Shown here: piece by piece, positions 50,480-61,405 of the stretch
Layout: each line of letters begins with the position of its first letter
How positions within the stretch are numbered: the stretch's first letter is position 1
Source: an uncultured Bacilli bacterium
GTDB lineage: Bacteria > Bacillota_I > Bacilli_A > RF39 > UBA660
DNA: 64,000 nt
Direction of reading: 5' to 3'
Assembly (NCBI GenBank): GCA_934101115.1
Contig: CAKOPW010000005.1
Coordinates: 18,697 to 82,696, forward strand
Position numbers and translations under genes: made by a program
The notes under the pieces: model-generated
What the model was told of the DNA's origin: nothing
The model's input: only the letters and a program-made list of their open reading frames with translations
Databases searched by the model: none

Positions 50480-53400
50480 TTAATCAAGTTTCTTAAATAC
50501 GTCTTTATTTATTGAATATAAATAAATATTTGTTGGTTTTGAATAATTTTCTTCTATATATTTTTTATATCCATCAAGTTGAATTTTATATTCATCGCTT
50601 TCAAGATTAGAAAGTTTGTAATCTATTATATCAAAATGATCATCATATTCTAAAAGTAAATCAATAAATCCGTGATATGTATTTTCACCATCAGTAAAAC
50701 GAATTTCATGTTCTTTATATATTTTAGCATTTTTTATATTTTTTACTTCGTCATGTTTCAAAAAGTTCATAACCTTATTCTTTTCAACATCTCCAATTGG
50801 AAGAGTATCTAAATTGTCATTTTTAAAATCGTATACTTCAAAGACATAGTGCATAAAAGTACCAAAATCAAGTTTCTTTCTTAAGTTATCATCAATTATA
50901 GTATTTATTGCTTTTGAAAAATGCTTAGTTTCTAACATTTGATTATCAATGCTTAAATTTTCTGTATGAATTAGTTTATCACTTCTAGGAATCATTTCTT
51001 TATAATTGCTTAGTTTAATAACATTATAATTCTTATTAACATCTAATGTCTCTATATCTTTTTTTTCTTCTAATTCAGATAATCCAAGAGAATTTATAAT
51101 CTCTGCAAAACTTTTAAATTTTAATAATGATGATACTTCATTGATATTTGGAACTTCCAACTTTGGAGAAACCATTATAACTTTCTCTTTAGCTCTTGTC
51201 AAAGCTACATAATATAATCTAATTTTCTCAGAAAGTGTTTCTTTCATTTCATTAACAGCTGAAGCTGTAGAAACAAAGGAAGTACCAACACCATTATTAT
51301 AAAATGGCAAAAGTATACCGTAGTTACTTGATAAACTAAATAGATCTTTACTTGGCGATTTATAAAAATTAGATGTTAACATTGGGAGATATACATATGG
51401 AAACTCCAATCCTTTAGAAGTATGAATTGTCATAATCTTAACTGAGTTATCATCGCCAGAACTAATCTTCATTTTTATCTCACTTTTATCTTCAAGTATT
51501 TGATCAAAATAGTCATTTAAGGCATAGATATTCATACCAAATTTGTTTAAATCTGTTGAGTTATTAACAAAATATTCTATCTTTATAAGACGTTCATTGA
51601 TATTATCAACTCTTAAAAGCTTTGTATAAAAATCAAAATCAGTTATTATTCTACTAAGAATATCACGATTAGATAATGCATCTATTTCTTTAGAAATATT
51701 TAAACATTTAAAATAAATATCAGTTTCTTCATATTTTTTATTTGTAATGATATCAAATAATTCATCGTCATCCATTTCATAAAGATATGATCTTGCAATA
51801 CTAGCAAAAGCATGACTAAAATCCGAATCAAATACGCGTTTTTTTATTTTTATAATCAAAGTAATAATATTTTTAAGTAAATGAATTTCATCTTCATCTT
51901 TAATGTTGATATCTTTTTTTATTGTAGTAGGAATATTATTTGCTTCCAATATCTTTTTAAAATCATCAAATGATGTTGATTTATCAATTAATATGGTAAA
52001 ATCTTTAAAATCAATATCTCTAGTACACATCTTATCATCTTTATAATAAGTAACTTGTTCTTTATTTTTTATATGTTTTTTTATATCATCAGCAATGATA
52101 AATGCTTCTTTTTCAACACGAGAATATTTACCCTTATCCTCATATGTTAAAATAGATGTTGAGTAGTAATCATTGTTTGATGCTTCATAAGCTTTATTTC
52201 CATACACCATCATATGTTCTCTCTTATAGTCACATCCACCTATATCATCAGACATAATGTTAGAAAATATGTTATTGATAATTGTAACAACGCTATTTCG
52301 TGAACGAAAGTTTTCCATTAAATCTATTTTAAAACCATTATTTCCAATCTTATAATTATCATACTTAGTTTTAAATATATATGGATTGGCATTTCTAAAA
52401 CGATAGATAGATTGCTTAATATCTCCAACCATATAAACATTATTGTTTTGAATATAAGAAATAAATTCTTCTTGAATATCATTTGTGTCTTGATATTCAT
52501 CAATCATAATTTCTTTAGTTTTATACTTAATTTCATTTCTTACATCTTCATGGTCTCTTACTAATTCAATTGCTTTTAAAGCTATATCAATAAACTCATA
52601 AGCATTTTTTTCTTTCTTATACTCTTGTAGTTTTTCATGTAATGTCTTTAAAATATCAATAACACAATAAGCATAATCTTTTGTTGATAAGTAATTGTTT
52701 ATCAACATTTTTTTATCACCAAAAGAACAAGCTAGTTTTAATTTCTTTCGAGCATCAGCTATTTTTGGTGAAATTTCTTTAGCTTCATCATCATAAGCAC
52801 CATTTCGATTTTGAGCTAGTCTAAATGATAAAGTATCAAGAAGTTCATCATAAGAACTTGCAGCTGCAAATTCAACAATAGACTTTTCATTTTTTTCAAC
52901 TGTCTCCGGTAAGGCATAATCGTTAAGCTTGTTAATTAGTTCCAATACATCATCTCTTAAACTGAATATATAGTCTTCAAAAGAAGTAAATGTTTGATTT
53001 ACAAAATCCTCACTATAAAAAGTATCTATATAGCTATCTAAAAATCCTTCTAAATCTATTTTATTTTGAATACTTTTATAAACAGATTTAATACTGTTTC
53101 TTATTTGTTTGTCATTTTTTAAAGTTTGTTCACGAATAAACTTACAGAAGTTTTCATCACTTACATATTTGTTTTCAAATATTTCATCTATGATTTTATC
53201 AATCTCTAAATTAACAATATTGGCATCAATTATAGTAAAGTGATCGCTCATATTTAAAACATTAGCATATTTTTTAACCATACTTTGAGCAAATGAATCA
53301 AAAGTAGTTATATAAGCTGAATCAACAAACTCTTCCATATGAGCAATACTTTTATTTTTCTTTATAACTTTTCTTATACGATCTTTCATTTCAGCAGCAG

Positions 53401-53578
53401 CCGCGTTAGTAAATGTTAATATGATAAGTTCATCTATATTAACTCCCTCAGTAAGCAGTCTTTCAACTCTAGTTTTTAAAACTGTTGTTTTACCAGAACC
53501 AGCTCCAGCGGATACGATGATGTTAGTATTACTTTTATTTACGGCTAAACTTTGTTTCTCTGTTAAATTTGGCATCAC
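50480..53578 (-). CDS. addA: ATP-dependent helicase/nuclease subunit A (AddA/RexA)
   Basis: UvrD N-terminus [13 protein letters not shown] and a C-terminal RecB-type nuclease GFIDLLLEYDDHFDIIDYKLS. Confidence 0.85.
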   Translation of the reverse strand: MMPNLTEKQSLAVNKSNTNIIVSAGAGSGKTTVLKTRVERLLTEGVNIDELIILTFTNAAAAEMKDRIRKVIKKNKSIAHMEEFVDSAYITTFDSFAQSMVKKYANVLNMSDHFTIIDANIVNLEIDKIIDEIFENKYVSDENFCKFIREQTLKNDKQIRNSIKSVYKSIQNKIDLEGFLDSYIDTFYSEDFVNQTFTSFEDYIFSLRDDVLELINKLNDYALPETVEKNEKSIVEFAAASSYDELLDTLSFRLAQNRNGAYDDEAKEISPKIADARKKLKLACSFGDKKMLINNYLSTKDYAYCVIDILKTLHEKLQEYKKEKNAYEFIDIALKAIELVRDHEDVRNEIKYKTKEIMIDEYQDTNDIQEEFISYIQNNNVYMVGDIKQSIYRFRNANPYIFKTKYDNYKIGNNGFKIDLMENFRSRNSVVTIINNIFSNIMSDDIGGCDYKREHMMVYGNKAYEASNNDYYSTSILTYEDKGKYSRVEKEAFIIADDIKKHIKNKEQVTYYKDDKMCTRDIDFKDFTILIDKSTSFDDFKKILEANNIPTTIKKDINIKDEDEIHLLKNIITLIIKIKKRVFDSDFSHAFASIARSYLYEMDDDELFDIITNKKYEETDIYFKCLNISKEIDALSNRDILSRIITDFDFYTKLLRVDNINERLIKIEYFVNNSTDLNKFGMNIYALNDYFDQILEDKSEIKMKISSGDDNSVKIMTIHTSKGLEFPYVYLPMLTSNFYKSPSKDLFSLSSNYGILLPFYNNGVGTSFVSTASAVNEMKETLSEKIRLYYVALTRAKEKVIMVSPKLEVPNINEVSSLLKFKSFAEIINSLGLSELEEKKDIETLDVNKNYNVIKLSNYKEMIPRSDKLIHTENLSIDNQMLETKHFSKAINTIIDDNLRKKLDFGTFMHYVFEVYDFKNDNLDTLPIGDVEKNKVMNFLKHDEVKNIKNAKIYKEHEIRFTDGENTYHGFIDLLLEYDDHFDIIDYKLSNLESDEYKIQLDGYKKYIEENYSKPTNIYLYSINKDVFKKLD

Positions 53579-55920
53579 TCATCATCTCCTTTAATTTCTT
53601 TTATTTCATAATCGCTTGGTACTTTAAAACATATATCTTTATATGGACAGAAGTTACATCCATCAACTAGCTTTTCGATTTTAACTGGTTTTATTTCAAA
53701 ATTACCATTGCTTACATTATTTATACATTCTTCTATACGATTTTTAACTAAAAGCTTAAGCTCTTCTTTTTCTTCTACAGTTTTAACTCTAGCTCCATAT
53801 TTTAAATCACATTCATCTTTATCATAAGCAAGTCCTTTAATAACACTTGATTTTTCATACGTATCATCCATATCTTTAATATTTTCAAGTGGACCAAAGG
53901 TGATTCCATCAAGACGTAAACTTTGTTCTTTTGGCTCTGAATTACCAAGAGAGAATACTTTCTTTTGGCTTAAAAGATGTTGTAAATAAATTCCTTGAAC
54001 AGACGTATCTGCTTCAAGTTCATTCAATAAGTATAAATAAATTGGTAATTGTAGATTAAGACCGAATTCAAATAATTTACTATTTATTTTATCTCCACCG
54101 GTTTTATAATCAATTATAAAAGCTTTATTATCCATATAAATAATTTTATCTACGAATCCTTTAATAGTTGTATTGAAAGGATGTTTTACTTCTAAAACCT
54201 TACTTGCCTCAAATTTTTGTCTAGTTATATTAAAATGTTCGTATTGTTTTTTTATAACATCATAAATAAACAATATTTCTTCTTTTAAAGTACTAATGAA
54301 AAATTTATCTTTATTGTTAAGTGGCATATCAACATTTTTTACATATTCATCATATATAAAACCTGGATCAACATCATCTCTTAAAGAAACTTCTAAAGTA
54401 TGATGAAAGGTATTTCCAATTAGAGTATCTAACGTATCATTATATTCATCAATTTTAAGAACACTTTTTAAATAAAATTTAAAGGGACATTCATAATATT
54501 TTTCAATATTAGAATATGAAAAATTAAGTTTACCATCTATAACATTTATTAACTTATCTTTGCTTACATTTTTGTACTTATGATTATATTCATTGTAAGG
54601 AATATTATAGTTATTGCTTAAAGCAATCGTATTATCATCAAGTTCGTTAAATTTTATCAATTTATCCAGTTTATTAGCAAGAATAATTTTGTTATTTAAG
54701 TCCGAATATGCAGATATAGTCGTGAATCCCTTAATAACTGAAATATTTTCACTTTCAATTAAAGGAGATGGAAGTATCTCTCCAGAAACTGTATTCTTTT
54801 TATATGTAATAGTTAAATTTTTTATATTAGATATACTATTCAATAAAGAAACTTTTATATCACGATTGTATTCATAACTTTTACTTAAAAAAGCTGGCTT
54901 TATATCGTCATTTAAGTAATCAATATCTTTCTTTATTTTTGGAATACTTCCTTGATTAAAGTTTATTAAGAAGACGTATTCATCATCCTCAAATATATTA
55001 TTAAGAAGTTCCGTGGTAGTGATTTCTTTTTCATAATGATTAACTCCTATACGAGCTCTTTTGGTTTCTTCGATAAATAAATCTAATATATCTTCGTCTT
55101 TAACCCAATAATAAGTATCAAGAATACTTTTTATTTTTAAATATACTTTATTATTAAATTCATTGTTATCAACATCAAATCTAAGTTTTATTTTAGCAAG
55201 CAAAGAATAGAAATTATTACTAAAATTATTTATGGCATATTCTCCAATAGCTGTATCATAAACACAGGTTTCACTTTTTAAATAATAAGGGATTCCTAAA
55301 CAACCAAATATTCTTTTCATAGTAAAAAAGTATGAATCATCAACATTTGCAATATATATTTTATCCAAGCTAACACCAGAAGAAATAAGGTCAGCAATCC
55401 TTTCTCCAACATATGAAATTTCATCTTGTATATTGTTAAATTCTATTGCTTCATGTGTAATCTTTTTACAAGGATGCTCCATAATAGTGACGTCTTCTAG
55501 CATACTCAACATATATCTATTAAAAGAATCAATATAATCAAAACCATATACATATATTTTTTTATTTGCCAACAAAGATTTAAATAAAGGATCTTTAATA
55601 AGCAAGTTCAATTCATTTAAAAAGTCTTTGATATCACATAAAAACTTATATTTAGGATTATCATATGTTTTATTCTCTAAATAATAAAGATTCATAATAT
55701 ATTTTCTTGCAAGATCATAATCAAGATTAAATTTTCTCATAACACGAAATATTGCTTCATTTGAATAATCAAAAAACAAGCCTTTTTTTAACTCTGTAAA
55801 ACTCATAATTTTTATTGATTTTAATATTTTATGTTCATTGATATAATCTAATACTTTAAATTTTATATTGTTATCTATAATTAGAATAGAATTATCTTCA
55901 ATTGAGTTTAAAAAGTCCAT
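53575..55920 (-). CDS. addB: ATP-dependent helicase/nuclease subunit B (AddB/RexB), compact form
   Basis: C-terminal PD-(D/E)xK with Fe-S cysteine cluster (CNFCPYKDICF). Coupled to addA. 781 aa. Confidence 0.75.
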   Translation of the reverse strand: MDFLNSIEDNSILIIDNNIKFKVLDYINEHKILKSIKIMSFTELKKGLFFDYSNEAIFRVMRKFNLDYDLARKYIMNLYYLENKTYDNPKYKFLCDIKDFLNELNLLIKDPLFKSLLANKKIYVYGFDYIDSFNRYMLSMLEDVTIMEHPCKKITHEAIEFNNIQDEISYVGERIADLISSGVSLDKIYIANVDDSYFFTMKRIFGCLGIPYYLKSETCVYDTAIGEYAINNFSNNFYSLLAKIKLRFDVDNNEFNNKVYLKIKSILDTYYWVKDEDILDLFIEETKRARIGVNHYEKEITTTELLNNIFEDDEYVFLINFNQGSIPKIKKDIDYLNDDIKPAFLSKSYEYNRDIKVSLLNSISNIKNLTITYKKNTVSGEILPSPLIESENISVIKGFTTISAYSDLNNKIILANKLDKLIKFNELDDNTIALSNNYNIPYNEYNHKYKNVSKDKLINVIDGKLNFSYSNIEKYYECPFKFYLKSVLKIDEYNDTLDTLIGNTFHHTLEVSLRDDVDPGFIYDEYVKNVDMPLNNKDKFFISTLKEEILFIYDVIKKQYEHFNITRQKFEASKVLEVKHPFNTTIKGFVDKIIYMDNKAFIIDYKTGGDKINSKLFEFGLNLQLPIYLYLLNELEADTSVQGIYLQHLLSQKKVFSLGNSEPKEQSLRLDGITFGPLENIKDMDDTYEKSSVIKGLAYDKDECDLKYGARVKTVEEKEELKLLVKNRIEECINNVSNGNFEIKPVKIEKLVDGCNFCPYKDICFKVPSDYEIKEIKGDDE

Positions 55921-55981
55921 AGTATCACCTAATAATAATTATAACATAAAGGCAAAATAAAAAGTGATACAAATGTACCAC

Positions 55982-57019
55982 TTATTCACTATATTTGCTT
56001 GTTAAACCAAAGTATGATTCCATTGTTATCCAATCTCCGTTGTTATATAACTTATATGAAAGATCAGTTCCAACATATCTTAGATGCCATGATTCATATT
56101 TATAACCTGTTTCATTATTTTTATTTTTTGGATAACGTATAATAAATCCATATTTATAAGCATTTTCGTTAACCCAACGACCTTCAGCAGTATTAGCAAA
56201 AGCATCAGTTATTGAATTTAGATCAAAGCATAATCCTGTTTGATGCTCTGAACTTCCAGGTCTTGCTGAATAAGTATCAGCTTTTTCTTTTCCATCACGA
56301 GCAACATATCTGTTATATATTGTATTTTGAGTTTGATAAGGTCTATAACCAGAAGTTATTCTTATATTTAAACCTAAACTTGCAGCATCAGCTTGCATAA
56401 CTTTCCAAGCACTATAAACTGTATTATTTATACAATCATTACATGTATTTGTTTTTCCTTCACTTGGTTTATAAGTATCCTTTGGAACAAAGTCTGATGA
56501 TACTGTATATGTTTTATTAACAATCATATATCCATCAACATATGTAACTCCATTGATCGTATAAATCGTATAACCTTTGCTAGAAACTCCAACATCTTTT
56601 CTCTCACCATCAATTTCTTTTACCATACCATAAGTAACTTTACCACCATTTGTTTTTTTAGTAGTCGTAGTTTTACTTGTAGTTGAAGTGCTAACAGTTG
56701 AAGTTATTCTATCATTTGTTGTTGTACTAGCTGTAGTAGTTGTAGTTGATGTTGTTAAATTATCATATTTCACATTATCTTCCTTACATACATTATTTAT
56801 AATACAATTTATGCATTCATCTTTAAAAAAATATTTAACAATGTATTTAGGAGTAAATAAAACTAGAAAGATTATAACCATCCTTATAAAACAAACACCA
56901 TAATTTTTATTCTTCTTAACTTTATTTCTATAATATATATAATATAGAATTGGAATTGCCAAACATAATATTAAATATGTTATAGTTGTAAATTCAGAAA
57001 GTACTGAACTCTTACACAT
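55982..57019 (-). CDS. M15-family D-alanyl-D-alanine carboxypeptidase (VanY-like), membrane-anchored
   Basis: SGYRPYQTQ, SEHQTG, SWHLRYVG zinc-peptidase motifs. N-terminal TM and Thr-rich linker. Confidence 0.75.
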   Translation of the reverse strand: MCKSSVLSEFTTITYLILCLAIPILYYIYYRNKVKKNKNYGVCFIRMVIIFLVLFTPKYIVKYFFKDECINCIINNVCKEDNVKYDNLTTSTTTTTASTTTNDRITSTVSTSTTSKTTTTKKTNGGKVTYGMVKEIDGERKDVGVSSKGYTIYTINGVTYVDGYMIVNKTYTVSSDFVPKDTYKPSEGKTNTCNDCINNTVYSAWKVMQADAASLGLNIRITSGYRPYQTQNTIYNRYVARDGKEKADTYSARPGSSEHQTGLCFDLNSITDAFANTAEGRWVNENAYKYGFIIRYPKNKNNETGYKYESWHLRYVGTDLSYKLYNNGDWITMESYFGLTSKYSE

Positions 57020-57027
57020 ATTAACCC

Positions 57028-57726
57028 CTAATATTTTCTAATTGAATTAACAATAATAACAATGATACCAAAAGCTTCTATAACAAGTGAAAGTATAACT
57101 AAAATATTTGTTACTAATGAACTTAAAGTAAGTGCTTTAGAAAAATATGTTGTAATTACAAGAAGGAAAAGTCCCATAACTACAATTAATATACCTAAAT
57201 CAATACTTTTATCTTTTTCTTTAGAAATATTGCTTTTTGAAACAATTGGTTTAACCTCTTCAGCTTTTTCTGCTTTAACTTCTTCAATCTTTTTTTCTTC
57301 TTTAACCATTTCTGGTTCTTCTATAACTTTTTCAGTTTCTACTTCTTTAACTATTTCCTCTTCAACAGGAATTTCATTGGCCTTTGTTTCTTCAACAATT
57401 GGTTCTTCTACAACAACAGACTCAATGATTTTAATTTCTTGCTCTTTAGTTTCTACGTTAGTTGGCTCTGCTTTTTTAGCAGTTGTCTTCTTTGTAGTAC
57501 TAGTTTTCTTAGCTCCAGTAGTTTTTTTGCTAGCTCCTGTACTTTTGCTGCTAGTAGATTTTTTAGCTGCGCTAGTTTTAGTTCCAGTAGCTTTAGAACT
57601 TGATTTACTAGTTGTACTTCTCTTAGTTGTAGTAGTCTTTTTAGAAGCACTTGCAGTTTTTTTAGTACCAGTAGACTTTTTAGCTGTACTAGTTTTTGTA
57701 GTAGTTTTCTTTTCTTCTTTTTCCAT
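57028..57726 (-). CDS. low-complexity Lys/Thr/Ser-rich protein with C-terminal TM anchor
   Basis: Repeated TKKST-type units, then an acidic Glu/Val-rich region, then two TM helices. Opposite-strand ORFs here are shadows. Confidence 0.5.
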   Translation of the reverse strand: MEKEEKKTTTKTSTAKKSTGTKKTASASKKTTTTKRSTTSKSSSKATGTKTSAAKKSTSSKSTGASKKTTGAKKTSTTKKTTAKKAEPTNVETKEQEIKIIESVVVEEPIVEETKANEIPVEEEIVKEVETEKVIEEPEMVKEEKKIEEVKAEKAEEVKPIVSKSNISKEKDKSIDLGILIVVMGLFLLVITTYFSKALTLSSLVTNILVILSLVIEAFGIIVIIVNSIRKY

Positions 57727-57840
57727 AAATCCACCTCTTATAAATTATTATATACCAATTATAACATAAAATAATAAATATATTACTACATAATTTACTT
57801 TATCAAAATATTTTTATATAATTTTATTGGTGAGTAAAAA

Positions 57841-58467
57841 ATGAAAAAAACTTTATTGATAATTTTAACATTTTTAATGTGCACATCGTTTGTAAAAGCT
57901 GATGAAACTCGTGAATCTGTTACTTTAGTTTCCTGTGATTCAGCTGTATCGATGTGGGTGAATACAAGCACAGGTATAAAAAGAATAAGACTTTTAATGA
58001 TGGATACATCTGATGGAACTTTAAATAAAGAAATAAATGATTATGCATGTTCATTAGTTAAGAATGCAAAGAGTTTAGAAATCGAAAAAGATGAATTAAG
58101 TGATGAAAAAAACAAATATAATGAATATTTAGTTTATCTTTACGTTGATGGTAGTTTACTTCAAGAATCTTTAGTATCAAAAGGATATGCTCAAGTAAAT
58201 TATGTTTATAACGATTATAAGTGGTCAACTAAATTATGTGAGTTGCAAGCAGGAGCTATCAACAAGAATTTAGGTATATGGACTTATTCTGATATTAAAG
58301 AAGAATATTGTCAAAGTGGAATAGAGATAAAAAACGAAACTAAAAAAGAAGAAAAAGCAGAAGAAAAATCATACGACTACGAATACTTAAAGAAAATGGT
58401 TTTAATAAACTCTATAATAGTTGTATTTTTATTATTAGTGATGAAGAGGAAAAAAGATGAAAAGTAA
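57841..58467 (+). CDS. thermonuclease (SNase) family protein, signal peptide and C-terminal TM
   Basis: IRLLMMDTSD, LVSKGYAQV, NKNLGIW correspond to micrococcal-nuclease motifs. Confidence 0.7.
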   Translation: MKKTLLIILTFLMCTSFVKADETRESVTLVSCDSAVSMWVNTSTGIKRIRLLMMDTSDGTLNKEINDYACSLVKNAKSLEIEKDELSDEKNKYNEYLVYLYVDGSLLQESLVSKGYAQVNYVYNDYKWSTKLCELQAGAINKNLGIWTYSDIKEEYCQSGIEIKNETKKEEKAEEKSYDYEYLKKMVLINSIIVVFLLLVMKRKKDEK

Positions 58468-59110
58468 AAAAATGGATATCATATATGAGGACAAAGAACT
58501 CCTTGTTGTAAATAAACCTGCAGGTCTTTTATGTGTAGGTACTGATAAAGAAAAAGTTCGTACACTTTATCATGAAGCATATGAATATGTGCACAAGAAA
58601 AATAAAAATAACCGTATATTTATTGTTCATAGACTTGATCGTGATACCTCAGGTATAGTTTTATTTGCAAAATCTGAAAAACTAAAAAGATATTTTCAAG
58701 ATAATTGGAATAATATAGCAAAGACTCGTAAATATTATGCAGTAGTAGAAGGATGTGTAAAAAATGATTCCGGACATATTCAAGAATATTTAACTGAGGA
58801 TAAAACACTTCATACTTATGCGACTGATAAACTTCATGGGTCTCTTGCCATAACTGATTATAAAGTTTTAAAGAAAAGTAAAAACTATTCAATTTTAGAG
58901 ATAAATATTAAAACTGGAAGAAAGAATCAAATAAGAGTTGCTATGTCCAATTTAGGGCATCCAATTATTGGCGATAAAAAATATGGCTCAACCAAAAATC
59001 CTATACGTCACATGTGTTTGCATCATCAAACTCTTATAGTTTTGCTTCCAAACGGAAAAGAACAAACTTTTGAAGCTAAAATACCTTCATACTTTTCGAT
59101 ATTCAAATAA
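58457..59110 (+). CDS. RluA-family pseudouridine synthase
   Basis: Catalytic motif HRLDRDTSGIVLFAKS. Confidence 0.85.
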   Translation: MKSKKMDIIYEDKELLVVNKPAGLLCVGTDKEKVRTLYHEAYEYVHKKNKNNRIFIVHRLDRDTSGIVLFAKSEKLKRYFQDNWNNIAKTRKYYAVVEGCVKNDSGHIQEYLTEDKTLHTYATDKLHGSLAITDYKVLKKSKNYSILEINIKTGRKNQIRVAMSNLGHPIIGDKKYGSTKNPIRHMCLHHQTLIVLLPNGKEQTFEAKIPSYFSIFK

Positions 59111-59124
59111 AAAAGGGTTGCTTA

Positions 59125-59349
59125 TTAAAGCAATCCTTTTACATCGTCTTCAACATATTCAAGAATATCAGCAGGTTGACATTTTAAAGTTTTACAAATA
59201 GCTTCTAAAGTAGAAAATCTTATAGCTTTAGCTTTACCAGTTTTCAAATTGGAAAGATTAGCAACCGTGATTCCAACATCTTCGGCTAACTTATTTAAAC
59301 TCATTTTTTTATCGACCATAACTTTATCCAAATTAACTTTAATTGCCAT
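59125..59349 (-). CDS. XRE-family HTH regulator (YozG-like)
   Basis: MSLNKLAEDVGITVANLSNLKTGKAKAIRFSTLEAICKTL. Confidence 0.8.
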   Translation of the reverse strand: MAIKVNLDKVMVDKKMSLNKLAEDVGITVANLSNLKTGKAKAIRFSTLEAICKTLKCQPADILEYVEDDVKGLL

Positions 59350-59405
59350 AAAACACTCCCCTAACTTAAAAACATAATACCATAAAATTTACTGAATATC
59401 AATAA

Positions 59406-59657
59406 TTATTTGTTGTAATTCTCATAATAATCACGTTCAGATAATATATCTAACAAATTTTCTAAAACATCATCATCGTTTTCTTCAATCTCTTCCATTA
59501 GTTCATGAATTAAATCTTTTAGATTATTAAATTTCATATAATCTATATTATAACTTTTTAATATTTCCATTTGTTCTTCAGAAAGATATAAATTACCATT
59601 TACTTTCTTCATCATTGTATAATCAGGATTTATCTCAACATCAATATCGTCAAACAT
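59406..59657 (-). CDS. small acidic hypothetical protein
   Basis: 83 aa, between a membrane protein gene and the HTH regulator. Confidence 0.3.
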   Translation of the reverse strand: MFDDIDVEINPDYTMMKKVNGNLYLSEEQMEILKSYNIDYMKFNNLKDLIHELMEEIEENDDDVLENLLDILSERDYYENYNK

Positions 59658-59664
59658 ATTAACC

Positions 59665-59973
59665 TCATTTTAAAATAGAAGTAAAGTCAAAGTTATTTAA
59701 AAAGTAATAACCAGCTAATGTGATAATTGCAAAAATAAGAACAAAGAATAATACAGGAATAAAATCTTTAATAGATGCTTTCTTTCCAATTCTTTCAGGT
59801 TTTATAACAGCATCTTTTTTCTTAACAATTGTTTCTTCTGGAACAATGAATTCTTCATCTATATCAAAATAACTATCACCATGAACCTCTTTTAAAACAC
59901 TTTCAACAACTTGATCAAAATCTTCAGTAAGTTCATTATTAGCATCAAAAATTTTAATTGTATCCGTATTCAT
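59665..59973 (-). CDS. small membrane protein
   Basis: C-terminal TM helix. Start taken at the internal Met. Confidence 0.3.
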   Translation of the reverse strand: MNTDTIKIFDANNELTEDFDQVVESVLKEVHGDSYFDIDEEFIVPEETIVKKKDAVIKPERIGKKASIKDFIPVLFFVLIFAIITLAGYYFLNNFDFTSILK

Positions 59974-60121
59974 AACTTCACCTTTATTTCTATATTTCCT
60001 ACTATAATTGATAATATCACAAAAAAGGCCACAAAACAACAATATTTATGCTGCCAAATAGCCAAAAGAACCTTTACATAAACATATAAAATATGCTAAA
60101 ATTAGAGAGAATAAGGAGGTC

Positions 60122-61405
60122 ATGATGAGTAACGTTGTTAATGGAAAAATCAAAAAAAGTGTTGATATTTTTGTTGAAGAACTTAGAAACAAGATAAAAG
60201 ATTTATCTGACATGAGAGAACAAAATAAAAAATTAACTTCAGATTATGAACATATATGTGAAATAATTAATCGATACATTATTGTTGGATCTCCTTTAGG
60301 TCTTAGAAAAGGAGATATAATCTTTGAAGATATTCCAAAGTTTAATCCCAAAGATTTAAAAGAAATATTAGAACTTATCGGTTGTAATGATAAAAAGATA
60401 ATTGAAAGTTACGCCGAAAAAAGAACTGAATATCAAAATACAAGAAACTCTGCAAAAAAAGAAGAACTAGCAAACTATTTTAGAAATATTCTTGCTATGA
60501 TTGACCACTATATTGAAGAATATAATATTAGATTTACAAACCAAGTAAATTTTGAAAATTTTAAATTAGAAAAATATAATAGATATATAGAAATGTTTAC
60601 ATCAGAGGAGTTTTCTTATTCTTTTGGCGAAAAAGAATTAAGTGAATTAAGACAACTTGTGAGTGAATGTTCATTGGATTCTTATACAAAAGCTCAAATT
60701 TTAGAGTATGTTAATATAAAAGCTATAGACTTTGCTCTAAAAGGAAATAAAACAATCGATGATTTTGATTTTAAAAGTCATGTATATTATCTAGTTGCAA
60801 ACTATTTAAAAGATGAAAAGTATGTAAATATTGTAAGAAAAGAAATGTCTCCAATTGATTATAAATCACTTGTATTTATAAAAGAGGAAGGTGAAAGAAT
60901 AGCCGCTAAACATGGCCTTGATCCATCAAAAACAATAAATACATTAGTTGCTTTAGCAATAAACAGTCTATATATAAAATATGAATATTGCAGAGAAAAC
61001 AGTGGCGAAAATGAAAATTTAGATATTGAAACAGCGCCATTAAAAGAAGCAATAAAAATGTTAGAAGGTTTTTTTGTAAATGCAGAACAAGAAACTATCA
61101 ACATGGCGACTTCTTTGGTAGTTGAATATGAAACTGATTTAGAAGAGCATAAAGATGATGCTGATACCTTTTTAGACAAAACTATGGAAGAAATTTTAGA
61201 CCTTGGCTATCCAAAAGAAAAGGCTGTGGTTTTAAAAACATTACCAATAATAAAAGGTATAAAAGAATCAATTGATATTCTTGCAAATTTAGAATATGAA
61301 GAGGAAATAAAGGAAAGAACTACATATTTAGTAGAATTAATGAATATGTATTATGAAACAAAAATGTTGGCAGAACAAAGAGTAAATAATATGATGAATA
61401 AATAG
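60122..61405 (+). CDS. hypothetical protein (alpha-helical, no recognisable motif)
   Basis: 427-aa ORF, first of three consecutive coupled ORFs. Confidence 0.4.
   Translation: MMSNVVNGKIKKSVDIFVEELRNKIKDLSDMREQNKKLTSDYEHICEIINRYIIVGSPLGLRKGDIIFEDIPKFNPKDLKEILELIGCNDKKIIESYAEKRTEYQNTRNSAKKEELANYFRNILAMIDHYIEEYNIRFTNQVNFENFKLEKYNRYIEMFTSEEFSYSFGEKELSELRQLVSECSLDSYTKAQILEYVNIKAIDFALKGNKTIDDFDFKSHVYYLVANYLKDEKYVNIVRKEMSPIDYKSLVFIKEEGERIAAKHGLDPSKTINTLVALAINSLYIKYEYCRENSGENENLDIETAPLKEAIKMLEGFFVNAEQETINMATSLVVEYETDLEEHKDDADTFLDKTMEEILDLGYPKEKAVVLKTLPIIKGIKESIDILANLEYEEEIKERTTYLVELMNMYYETKMLAEQRVNNMMNK

Noticed and set aside
57062-57769. 235-aa plus-strand ORF and 93-aa minus-strand ORF (57453..57734) overlapping the K/T/S-rich gene
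   Set aside because: Shadow ORFs created by the low-complexity repeat. Their translations are Leu/Val/Ser homopolymer-like and lack any start context.
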